Below are positions 36,536 to 49,700 of a DNA stretch of 64,000 nucleotides, piece after piece. The position numbers and the translations under genes were made by a program. How positions within the stretch are numbered: the stretch's first letter is position 1; the number at the start of each line of letters is the position of its first letter. The stretch comes from Haliotis cracherodii. Taxonomy: Eukaryota. Location: assembly GCF_022045235.1 (NCBI RefSeq), contig NW_027266273.1, positions 13,206,001-13,270,000 of the forward strand, read 5' to 3'. A model generated the notes under the pieces. It searched no databases. It saw only the letters and a program-made list of their open reading frames with translations, and had not been told where the DNA came from.

Positions 36536-38016
36536 TGTAATTACCTTGTTGATAGTTCCAAAAATGCAAAATTGCGGTACGGACTAATTATTTTGAGAAC
36601 AGTCTTTTATTGTTATTTTTACTTCTGAACCGAACGTATGTTTGTTTTGAAAGCTAATAATTACTAAATTGGATCTTATTATCATAATCACTATCGTTAG
36701 CTCAATCTCGTTAACGCGGAATCCGTTTGTTTAACCACTGAACTGTTCTCTTGATATGTTTCGATCTCTCGATCCGTTGCACTTAACACGCTTGTGTTCG
36801 TCCGCCCACTCTCGACAGTCATTGTGACAGGTATTGACGTCTCCTACTGGTCGGGGGATTTTCTATATGCTGATAAGGTCATTATTATCTTCACAGACGC
36901 GGTCAATCGGTTGCAGAAAGTCAGCTTTCACCGTATGATCAATTTTCTATCGCCTATGATTAAAGTACTTACAAAGTATGACACTAGCATAATGTTTTTT
37001 GCATACAAAGCTACGGTTATAAGAAGCGGCTGTAAAATATATGTAATATATCAGCAATAGAAACAAACATTTGTAGTCCAATCTGGTCTTGCCTAAAGTC
37101 TGTACTGAAAGATAAGTCCATAGATATGTAGTAACTTATCCTTATAATAAGCAAGTCTCGATAAGGGGACAGTACAAAGACGCCAGACGTTTATGCGGAC
37201 AACTTGTTTTTATTATTTACATAATCCAGAAACTATGATTTAAACTATATATAATAATTGCCTTAGAGTCTTGCCAAGTCTATCTTCACCCGTCCGTACA
37301 ATGACATATAGCAAAACGTTTTAAAATGGCAAATTTCTTCTAGTCCTTGTGATACCTAAACAATTGGACAGATTGGCAAGGAGTATTGGACTAGTGACAA
37401 TTTCAATTGCTGGATTTAATAATAATACATAATAATATCATTTTGAATTAGGAACAAACTCTTCTAATCCATCTAACCATTTGTACTCCGATGCAGAAGT
37501 GTTATTTTTAGAAAAGGGGTCGTTAATTTGGGAAAGAATTGTCAATTTTCTGCCTACAAATGATAGTTTTATCAAGGGCGTCTGATTGCGCCCTGCTTTC
37601 ATATGGTGTGTCTCCATGGCCAATTCCTTTGATCAATAATAAGGTCACATTTAAAAAACAAACATGTAGTATTGAAACGTTTGTGGATAACATCTTCAAA
37701 ATTGTTTCCAACGAATTTCATGGCTTTTTGTGGTAAATGACATTTGACCTACATCCTTTTATTTATTTAGATTTATCATATTTCTTTCAAGTCAAATTGT
37801 TTGGGCATAATTGATGTATTAGGTCTTGATCGACCTAATAGAAATGCATGTACATTTTTACATTTAAAATCAAACACTTTCCGTTAAATATACTTTCAAT
37901 AAACATCACTTGATACAAATATTGGGCGGTTCCGTAAATTCATCGAGGTTTGTCAGCTGTTAAAACACATCAGGACCACCAAGTCCACTGCAGCAAAAGC
38001 TTTGTTGACAGCTTGC

Positions 38017-38031
38017 GTTGTCATGGGCAAC
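38017..38031. promoter_or_regulatory. RFX X-box in the TRAF3IP1 promoter
   Basis: GTTGTC-ATG-GGCAAC matches GTNRYC(N0-3)RGYAAC, ~210 bp upstream of the ATG of a core IFT gene. Confidence 0.75.
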
Positions 38032-38058
38032 AGCTGATGCCTTGCTAGGACGCACTTG

Positions 38059-38066
38059 CCGGAAGT
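38059..38066 (+). promoter_or_regulatory. ETS motif CCGGAAGT in the TRAF3IP1 promoter
   Basis: Exact ETS consensus next to the X-box. Confidence 0.5.
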
Positions 38067-38239
38067 AATCAATTGCGCATGAATCCTAGTGCATGCCGGG
38101 TGTAAATTCCGTCTATGAAACCTGTCAGAAGAGTTCGATAATGAACGAAACTACATGATCTGACTGAATTCCGAAGTGTATCGTTTGCCTGCTGAGCAAA
38201 TGAGTTGACAGTTTCGGATAGATTTATTACGAAGAAGAA

Positions 38240-38362
38240 ATGGATCCGAAAATTGCAAAGAAAACACAGAATACTTTGGGAAAAGTGATCTCGAAGCCCC
38301 CTTTGACAGACAAACTCTTGGGAAAACCGCCGTTCAGATTCCTTCATGATGTTACAACATCG
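38240..38362 (+). CDS. TRAF3IP1: TRAF3IP1 coding exon 1
   Basis: [10 protein letters not shown]...LHDVTTS, 41 codons, donor gtagtg. Confidence 0.93.
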
Positions 38363-41300
38363 GTAGTGTTTGTTCTTAAGTCTGTTTTTACCACATTTGA
38401 TGAATGCTTGATACTATCCATAGAGTTTACGAACTCCTGTTTCTCCAACCCTAAGAGTAATTTTGTATGATCTAAAGTAAAGATTTACTGTGGCTGTTTT
38501 CAATGTGTTTCCTAATTTCGTGATATAAATTGTCCCTCAGAAGATGGCAAGGTCGCCACAAGTGATCAAATTCCATGGGTTTTTTTTTATGAAAGACTTA
38601 TTCAACACACACATTATCTGATAATATGTACCAAAAATCTAGGTGATACTGATTCTGTCAATATGTTTTTTGTTGTGGCTTATATGATACACACATAGGT
38701 CTATATTTGTGATACCCCTTCAAAAGCGGAATGTTGCAATTCGCCATTAACTCTCTGTCATTCAGTGATAATGATAAGCCTGTTATATCTCTGATGCCAA
38801 TTATATTCATGATGATGATACCAAATTTGCCTTGTAATCAACATGGAAGGACGCTGAATCAACCTTTTTCATGTTTAATCTGACGTGTTATTCTCAGTTT
38901 CATTCACTCAGTCAGCCTGATTTGGTATGTTTTATGAGCTTGATTAAGTTACGCTGCTGGAGCTGTTGGCACTGGTACAAAGTACCCCAGGAACATTTCT
39001 ATATAATTATTAACCTATTCATTGGGATCTCTATTAAGTAAGAGAGCTCTTTCTATAGGCATTAAAACCTATTGTGGGGTTTTACTTTCAATTAAAACCT
39101 ATTAAGAGGTTTTACTTTCAAAGTAAAACCTATTATGAGGTTTTGTTTTCGTTCGGGAGGTTTTACTTTGAATGTAAAACCTTAAATCCCAGGTTTAACC
39201 AAGTAACTGAAAAAATGACAAGTAGCAATTCAAAATTTTAATTCAATTAAAATTGAATGTCATGTGTACAGTTCCGTGTGGACATTTGAAAGCTACATCA
39301 CTTCAGAGTCTCCGGTGAAAGGACAGCGAGGTTTCAAAACACATGCTTTTAAACAAGTGCTTATCAATGCTGCACAATTTGCACATGCAGTTACTGCTAG
39401 CCGTTACGTCACAACTACCTCTATGTAACAGTTGGATTGTTTAAAGTCGAAAATCTTGTAAAGCACAAAACACCTTTAAATTTTCGAATTTTCGTTTTGA
39501 AAAGTTTAACAGAAGTGGAATATTGCAACACAAACATTTAGAAACCAAACATTTCACTTTCATTTAAAAGTAAGTATTTTAGTTGTGTTTTGTTGTTGAC
39601 ACATCCAAGTGCTCTTGGACGCCTGGCAAGTCAGCAAATTTCACGTGCAAGTTATGCTATCACGTCTTCAAGGAAGCGCTATAATGAAGCACCTCATTTA
39701 TAGATGCTCGTTATAACATTTAATCAATTTAGATGGTTTATAAGTATGGAAAAACACTTTCCCTCGGTTTTTGGTAGACAGAGCATGCCCTGGGGGTCGG
39801 GAAAACTCCAGGGCATGCTCTGTCTACCAAAACCTTGTAAGCGTGTTTTCTCCAATACGTAATGTACCCTAGCATGGCAATATTAAAGAGCAGCAGTGAA
39901 CACTCAAACTCTGAAAGTATTAAAATATGGATTGCCTTTTCATTTGTGGATACACAGTATGCTTATTATATACTTTAATCTCAACTGGTTGGACTTGTGT
40001 TCCGTTCTGAATTGGCATCTGGTGATTACGCAGGAGACGACTGAGAGTGTGTGTATTGTAGCACTTAAACTGCTCAAAAACACTTGCAGCCGTGACTGTG
40101 ATAGCCAACATAAGTGAAACCAGTTTTGCAATTTGATCTGTTTTATTTAGCAACAATCTTGTGTATCATTGAACATCTAAAGTGTATAGAACAGTTTTAC
40201 TGCTAAACTGTCCATTTTCTAATCAATTGCTATTTCATTCTGTCTGAACATGGTTGTTGGCATCATTCTCAGTACAATTAATAAGTATTTACTGATCTTT
40301 TGGAGTATCATAACCTGAGCTTGCTAGACTGGGGTTTCTGACTAGTAGCTAAAGTAGATATTGTTACATAGTCTAAGGAAGCAGACAATCTGATCATATC
40401 TTAGTGTAGATGAAAGGCAAAACATCATGTATTACCCTACGTACAGCGCATTTTTTATGGGAGGGGGGAACAGCCTCTATGGGAGGGTAAATGGACATAT
40501 TGTCATAAAAAAATGATAAGAAATATAAAGTGTTTTTGCATTTTTCAGGGAGGGTCATGAAAAATATTTGAGGACATGATGGGGATGGTCATCACAAAAT
40601 ATTACTAGCATTAGGGGAGGGTTATATTTTCAGTACAAATCCTCCTACCTTTCCCCTATAAGTAACATTTCAGTTTCAAGTTAAGCTTTGATCACTTTTA
40701 TCCCTTAATACAATCCTCAGACATCTCACATGGAGAAGATGGGTTTGATTACACCTTGTAACACTGTAGCCTAAGAAGGATGAGTAACTCTCATATTTAC
40801 AGTTATTTATTGAATGCATAATAATGAGTTTTTCTATTGCAGGTCATCAAGACAACAGGTTTTATGAATGGACTGTTTACCGATTCTGAATTGAACTCTG
40901 AAAATGTCAAGGTAAGTTTTGAACATGTATTAATAATGTACTTGTTTGAAGTATAACAATGATTATGACAATAACTGTTAGAGTTGTATATTTTATCTTA
41001 TCCTGACTCGTACACATGAGTAATAAGTATGAGTCAGGATAAGTACAAATTATATTTTTACCCTAAAATATACATATTAATGAATCAACACAGTCATGCT
41101 CATATCAAGCTCCAGCTGGTGAGTAGTTCGCTGTGCAGAGTTACATCCCTTGCAGGGCTCGAATTAACCATATAAAACATGCACCGTTGCAACATGTTGA
41201 AAAGCACGACCAATTATTTATCATGACTTATGTCTCTGTGCACCAGGTGCATGTAAAACAAGGCTTTATACATGTTATGTACCATATTACACCACTAACA

Positions 41301-43736
41301 ACAGTTTTAGGAGACCTGTGAAGATCTGGGGTAGAATAGGTCTTCAGTAACCCATGCTTGCCGTAAAAGGAGGCTCTGCTAGTAAGAGGCGACTGACGGG
41401 ATCGGGTGGTCAGGCTCGCTGACGTGGTTGATGCATGTCATCGTATCCCAATTGCCTAGGTCGATGCTCATGATGTCAAGCAATTATTTACAGACCGCCG
41501 TCATATAGCTGGAATATTTCTGAGTGCGGCGTTAAACAACAAACAAACACTGTTTTGTTTAATTTGTCATGCTTTTGGGGGCTTGTCAGCAAACTTGTGA
41601 CACAGTCATCAGAGATCTGAGACTTATTTTATTTAGACTAGTTTATGCATCTCTGATTCGGCTTTGATAAATTTATGGACCAGGGTGGATCCTGGTTTGT
41701 CCGGTGCAACTCGGTTTTCTTGTCCACATGCACCTAGTACATGTTGAATCAGGTTCCTTAATTGAGCCATCCCTTGGGCATGCCTTAGACCTATGATCAT
41801 CGGTTCTAATCCAGGTTCGCAAAGATTACGTTTCTTGTTTTGTCAGCACAATTTCCATGCTCAGGGTTCTCTCCAAAGTGGTAGATGTCTGAGAAGTGCA
41901 TTACTCATGTTACTTCAGGTTTTTCTCCCACATTAAGCTGACACACCATGATATAACTGGATTATTTTTTAATTAAAGCAGCGTTAAAACCCAACTTACC
42001 CACTCACTCCAGCTGGTGATATAACGTCACGAGACATGCTAAAGGTTACAATACTTGTTAGGATTGTGTCCGAAATGTGTTGTCACAGCGCGCCTTTGTA
42101 ATCCTACTGATACTTATGATAGCAGTACTACACTATCATGACCATGTTGATGTCTGTGTTCATGTTTCACAATATGACCTAATGCTATCGTCATCTAAAA
42201 CTAACGTAATTTTGACATCAGTTATTAGGAATTAGTACATGGTTGAATGCTTTTAGGTTGTCTTACAGCTGAACACTATCTTTTACATTTCAGGAAAAGG
42301 AGACCAAAGTGGCATTCCTTCAGAAAGCAATTGATATGGTTTGTAAGTATCAAGTGTGTCAGCCAGCACTGGCACCCAACCTGCTGAACAGACGTACCGT
42401 ATTCGACGTAATAAGCGCCCCTCTCTAATAAGCGCCCACAGCAATAATTGCTCATATATTGGCTAGTGAACAATCCCAATTAGCACCCCTTCCAATTGAT
42501 CAATGTACACAAGACTTATTTATTCGCGCATAATCATGATAATACGCACTCGTGTGTTATATGCACCCTTAATTATGGGCAATTAAATTCTGAAAAAATA
42601 TATCTGTCGTATATAAACATTTCAGTCTGTCAGCATAAACCACGAAATTTATCTTTCAAATCTGTTTTTTTTTCACCAAAATAATATTCTAGTAAGAGCC
42701 CACTGTTTCTAATTTTGAGAGCTCCCTGGGCGCTTATTATGCCGAATACGGTATATGGCTTTGATGCTCTAGCTTGAGGTGTTATGTTCAAGTCCAACCC
42801 AAATGATTCTGTGACTATCTTTCACTGAAATATATTTTCAGTACGTTTAATCCAATATTTGGTGAAATAACTGCTGATACACCAAACTCCTTGGTTAATG
42901 AAATGTGATTGATTGCGGGACCCAACTGCTTATTTCTGTGAAGCTGTAGCATTTTACATCATGGTACATGGTTACATTTAGGGATAACAATATTCATGAG
43001 TTGTATTATTCTCCATATTTTGCATGTCTTTGCTGGCAAGACAATTTTGTTTGTCTGTTAATGTTATTTAACGCCACACTCGGCTTTATGATGGCGGTCT
43101 GTAAATTATCAGACCTGGACCAGACAATCCGGTAATTGACATAATAATGAGCTTCAATCTGTACAAATAGGATACGATGACATGCATCAACTAAGTCGGT
43201 GAACCTGACCACACAATCCCGTCTGTTGCCTCTCAAGACAACCATGGGTTGCTGAAGACCAATTCTAACCCAGATCTCCATGGGGAAGCAAGATAAATTC
43301 TTCTTTTGTTGTTCCTCACTCTGTCTTTTCATCATGTCTGTGTCAGCAGTATACATGTACCTGATTCATCTGACATGCCCAATTGCAGCTCTGGTAACTG
43401 GGAAGTCTCTGGCAGTGCGACCACAGAAGATAGTGGCAGGACATGAGCCAGAGAAGACAAATGAGTTCCTGCAGGTGCTTGCTGAGGCTATCAAAATGAA
43501 GGTGGGTATCATCATATTGCTATATTCCCCCAAATGTTTGAAATTCTCCTAGCCCTTAAGACTGTCTCCATGGTCCAGTGGTAGAACGTCCACCCGGTGG
43601 GTGGGAGGTCCAGGGTTCGATCCCTGGCCGTGTCATACCAAAAGATGTTAAGAGATGGTGCTTGTTGTTACAATACCTGTTATTATGATGCTAGTGGGCT
43701 AGCAGTATAAACTTGGTATTAGTCTGTAAAAGAGAG

Positions 43737-43785
<49 letters not shown>

Positions 43786-46700
43786 GCAGTGATTGTGTGT
43801 CTTTTAATGGAACAATTTCATCCTATAGGTTAATAATGATGAGTATGTGAAGAAACTTCTCAAGGGTAAAGGAGGCGGGGGAGGAGCCGAGACGAAAGAC
43901 AAGGAGAAGGACAAGGAGAAGGAGTCAAGGTCACGTAGTGCTGACAAAAGGAAAAAGGAATCGGAGGTAAACCAATGGTCTGTCATACAGACCCAGAACT
44001 AAATATATCCAATTCTGCCCATGCAAGTCTTTAGTTTGCAAGTGTAAATTACTGCAGTTTCTGAAAATGAATACCTCTGGGCGCCTACAATAAATTAATT
44101 GTGGAGTGTTGAAGAAATGGGAATTGGTACATAGGGATGTCATCATGTATCATGACATCAGTGTATCGATAAAAATGTTGTTTCTGTGTTTTCTTACTTC
44201 ACATGCTGTGAAGATGTAGTAGTAAAGATAGAATGGTGGTTTAGGTAATGGTAGCAATTCAGTAACTGCCATTCAGAGTTATCCCCACTGTGTGCCTTGG
44301 TCAATCCTTCACAAGCTTGTATGCATATTATCCTCCATGCTGCTATGCCTTGTAGTATTACGATCAATGGATCAAGCATATCCTGCTCCCAGAGAGGCAT
44401 GTCACTGGTCTGACCAGTGAGCTTTCAGATAACATAACGTTTTATTTAACAAAGCATGCAAAATAGATCATAGCCAAATTAGTGTCACTCCCTGCGTCAA
44501 GCATGGTAGAAATTGCTGAATGGTGAGTTATTTTCGGTCACATTTCATCAACTGACTGCAAACAAACACATACCACCATTGAAATATTGATGATGCCTTG
44601 ATTTTGAACCAGGGTTAGAAATTAACAATGGCCCACTAGCCTGGTGCTAGTACGAAATCCTGTGAGCTAGTACAAATTTCCCTATTTCCCCATTGTTTTA
44701 ACATACAAAGGACATTATATCTTACCAAACTAGTAAAGCTTTTCTGTTTACTTTGAACTCCTGTTGATCCATGATGTTTTACCCAAGTTCACAACATCTG
44801 AGGCATTTTTAGCTTGGGACATACCTCTCACATTGCTATCGCTTGTTGTAGGAGAAGAAAGATAAGGGTCGTGACGATAAGGAGAAGTCAAGGGATAGGG
44901 AAAAGAGCAGGGATAAGGAAAAAGAAAAGAGTCGAGATGAAGGAAAAGACAGAGAAAAGAGCAGGGATAGAGACAAAGATAGGAGCAGAGACCGTGACAA
45001 GGATCGAGAGCACAGGCGTAAGAAGGTGAGTACCCTCATCTTGGGCAACATGTCCGTGGAAGCATTCATGCACACACATCAGTGATTTGAAATAGCTCCG
45101 GGTTTGAATTGGTCTTCAACAACCAATGCATGTCACAAGAAGCTACTAACAGGATCAGGTGGTCAGACTAGCTGACTTGGTTGATGCATGTCATCCCACT
45201 GCATATGTCGATGTTCATGGTGTCAGTCACTGGATTGTCAGCTCAATACTCGCATATTTACAGACCGCCATCATATAGCTGGAATATTGCTGAATGCAGC
45301 ATTAAACAATAAACAAAATGATTGATGAACAGAAAATGATTTCAGAGGTCCATATATTCTTGTGTATATTTCAGGTTGTTTTCAGAAAACAGCAGGGCAG
45401 AGGGGGGAAATATTTGCCAAAAAAATATTATTGAAAAGGATTTTTTATCGAAGTATGAACTAAGTTTGTTCACTGAAAACAATTTAAACTCTTTGTGTAT
45501 GGTTTTAATAAACATGAGTGTATCGTACCATCACTTATTTGTCATGTATGGATATTTACTGTGTATCCTGCTGCACTCAGTGTTTGTCTGTCCTGTGGGG
45601 ACTCTAGGTCAGACTGGGTCCCCAGTAGATCATGCTTGTTGTAAGGGCCAACTGACACTGGCTTTGGTGGTCATACTCTGTAACTAGGCTGATTGTGGTG
45701 TGTCATCATGCCCTGATGGTATGGTCTACCAGACTACTTTACTATTGATTGGGTGCTCTGATATGGCTGGAATATTGCTGACTGCGGCATTATGCAACAT
45801 TCACACATTGACTCCTGTGGTTGTCTGGTAGCATGAGCTGCATCAAGACAGAAGTGGGCGGTCCGAGGAAAGTCACTCTGATAAAGAGTCACAAGATGAA
45901 GAAATGACCCGATTGCAAGCAGAAGGAAGGGTCAAGACCAGGAGGAAACATAGTTCAACCAAGCAGGAAGAGTCGTCATCTAATGATGAAAAACACAGAG
46001 AAAGCTCAAAAGTTAATTTGAGTTCTCGATCAAGGGCTGACCGCCCACATGGTGCTCGGAGGAGGTCAGAGAGACCAATGCCTGTAATGAAACGAGGGGA
46101 TGAGAGCTCGAATGATGAATCAGCTCATAGTGTGTCAAAGTCAAATGAAGTGGACAAGAAACGGAAGACTGGGATCAAGAGTCGTCTGGGTGTGAGGAAT
46201 GAAAAGGAGAAAATCAGTCCTATCCATAGTGCCAGAAGAGACTCCGTCAACCCCCCCAGGGGCACCAAGCAGCTAGAGACTACACAACGTGGTAAAATTT
46301 TGTCAAAGTCAAACTCAAAGTCAAGTTCAAGTACACTGAAACGTGACATAGCATCCTCCTCAAGGAGAAAGTTGACAGACTCTAAGGGTAAAGACAGTCC
46401 CACGACTCCTAAGACTCCTAAGACTCCCGAGGATGCAAAAGTTCAGCGGCGTTCCTCTCAAACAACACCAGATAAACGTCGCAAGAGCAGCTTCACCATG
46501 ATGCCCCATCTGATGAATGCATCCCAGGTTTTTGTCATCATGTTGCCGTTGCGTTCATTGGAAGTGTTCACTGTTCCTTGAACTTGTTCAATATGTTGAC
46601 TCTTTGACTTTTCATGTTCGTGTTGTTTTTATGTTTAGATGTTGCATGTTCATGTTTCACATTCCTTTCAAGTCTTTGATAGGCTTTCAACTTTTTATTT

Positions 46701-49700
46701 TGTGTACACTTATTCATAAAGAAAACTGAGCATTTTCCATACCATTACCAGGGATGAGAATCTCCTGCTGATCCGTGAATTTTAGGGACCACAAATTTGT
46801 TAAAATCTGATGGCTTCCACTATAAATGCCCCCAAATTATGACCACACTCCATTGCAAGAATGTTTCAGCTGAAAAGGAAAATATCCATTCTAATCCCTG
46901 CATTACGTGATACGGTTGATACTCCACAGCATCCGAAGCTGAAAATTGTCTTGTAATACAAATAGTCATCATAGTATTCTAGTAAACAGTGATCAAGCAA
47001 TTTCGGACCAAAACATGGTTTAACTGGCCTCAGGTCTCACACTAGTGTCTGAACACACGAACATTTTACTTTGTCTTTTCTGTATATATGATCAGTAATG
47101 TTATGCTCTGTTCAATATTCATGATTATCTTGATATTGATTCATCCATCTCAGCCTCAAAATAATCATTCCAGCGGTGCAGACATTTTTAACTGGTGTTG
47201 CACTTTGAAGTTCTTTGCAACAGTAATATCCAATTTTTATCACCTTCAGACCTTGTGTGTATGTATCATGGATGGTGATGTGGTTATTGGTTGTGTTCCA
47301 GCGAGATGAGCCTGGAAAGGAAAACGAGTCTCCGGCAGGTGACAAGATGGTGAATGGCGAGGAACACAACAAGGTGAGGAACACATTGATTGCATCCTTC
47401 AAGTGACAGGGCAGATGTGTCAACTTACAGTCCCCTCTCATAAAGTTGCGGGGGAATGGGTGGCCCAGTCGTCTACAGTGCCGCAATTCACTGTGGAGAG
47501 TTTTTTTTTTTTTTTTTTATTTTTTTTTTTTTATTATTCCATTCCATATATATTGTTACAAGTGTAGGTATTAACATGTACATATAAGACAGAATTAACA
47601 CAAGTTATAGTTTTCATAGGTGAGGACAGGCAGGTTGTGTTGGATGTATCGTGGAGAGTTGTGTCCCTTGGGCATGTCAGACACCTATGATTATGGGTTC
47701 GAATCCCAGTTCCTATTTGATCCCTAGCTACTGCAGCAGGCAATATGTATTCAACTGACCAAAGAAAACGTAGTAGAAGGTGTTTTTATGACATTTGCAA
47801 TTATTGAGCGTATATATTCTGTTTCACCAAATGGTGGAAAATGTACATAATCATTTATGACCCAAAACTGCCTTCCACAGGCAGGACATGTAAAAAAAAC
47901 ATCTAAATTGTGTCTGAGTAACCCTTACCTGTCCCCACAAAATTGATCTTTGAACACATTCAATGTTTATGAGCCTCATTTACCACACTACATCACGAAT
48001 ACTCCTTGTGCGTAATATGTCATACTTTTTTGGGCATGACATCATCAAACTGTGAGCATATGAAAGTCATACATCGTTAATTATGTGACACTGGCAGCTG
48101 ACCGTCCAATGTTTCAACTTTAATAAATTTATGGGACCAGGATGCTACCTGGTTTTGTCTGGTGCAACTTGGTTTTCATATCAACATGCACAATGTGAGA
48201 GTTACATCAAGTTCATCGAATCAAGCCCTGTCAGGAGATATCATTTGGGTGTGATCAAGTGAAATCTCCTTCAATACATGGCTACAATGAATTGTGACGT
48301 TATCGGTTACGATGATGTTACAATTAAATGACGTCACTAATCTCTGTCACTAAAGCTGGATACCATCCTCGAAAAGCCTCAGGTTTTTATACTTCTTTCT
48401 ATGTACAGTAAACTACGTTAATTACACACACACTTATAACGAACTGACGGATATGACGGCCTGTTTTTTTGGTCCCGGCCATTTGTTGTATATTTTATCA
48501 TAAAATATTTATGGACATAACGAACACTTCTATTTATCACAAAATAACGGATATAGCAAACTCTATGGTTTAGTGTATACACTGTGAATGACAGTATTTC
48601 TTTTTATAACGAACGATTAAGTACTGACACCTTAAGCTTGTCCTCAATTTACCTTGACCTTGCACCTTACACTCTAAAGTGTTAATTAACACTTTTCATG
48701 TTGGCGAAGCAGGAAACACACACTCGCCTGCAGAGGCCAACTTCGGCAAAGGGGTCGCGGAGACGTCGTGAAGGTCAGTATCTGAAAATAACTGTACAAT
48801 TGGTCAGCTGCTGCCCAGTTGCACTGAGTGATCACGGAATGGTTTGGCCAATTTGGTTACTGTAGAATATAGTCAGGGGTTTGCCTGGCTGTCTGGCTGC
48901 AATCTGTTCTTGACACTAGTGTGGCAGATCAGCTTCTCTGGCTTATTGAGCTATATTGGAAGCAGCCTGCTTTTTGTTTCTTAATTTGAATGTGAAATAT
49001 TTTAGTCAGCTTGAGCTCACCCTTGTTTGACAGATCCTTCGTTTTGGCATCAATCATATAGCTGCTGCTTAAAGTATTGTCTGGGTTGTGCTATGAAGTG
49101 TTGATATTTTGTGTGACTGCTGTTATATGTGCCGTGTCTTTGTACATGGTCCCAACTGCTGCAAGCAAGGCGTTTTGAGAAAATGGACACCATTGTGACC
49201 CCAGAACAGCATGAACAGTTTAACAAGCTTTGCTGTTGTTGATTTATTTCAAATGTTTTAGGCAGCAGCTATCATTAAGTGAAATTTTAGAATGAAATCT
49301 AGATGTGACAATTAGAACATCCTAACATCTCACACTGTAGTTTTTAAGAAAAACAAAATGCAGGCTTCCAGATTAAACAGTAATTTCTTCTTTCCGGGAT
49401 CAAAAGTGATCCCACTTTTGTAGCAGAAACTAATCTGAGTGTGTCTTTCTTCTTGTTGAATTATTAGTAGCACGTTTATGCTCCAAAAGAAGAAACCAAA
49501 ATCTTTTATGGAAAATGTTTCTTTTTGGCTAAACCTCAGATGTATCAATTTAAAGTTAGGTACTCTAAGAATGTCATACTGTTTGACAGAATATATTGTG
49601 AAATATCTACGACAGACAGATCAAGTTGGATGCTGACACTGTATGTCATTTAGTGTTGGAAGTGCATGATTTGACAGTGTGCATTCTGTCACTCATAACT

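Noticed and set aside
34263-36587. ORFs with LSTILPTRTFIGYP repeats
   Set aside because: By-product of a 42-bp unit. Indels shift the frame repeatedly and there is no splice or start context.
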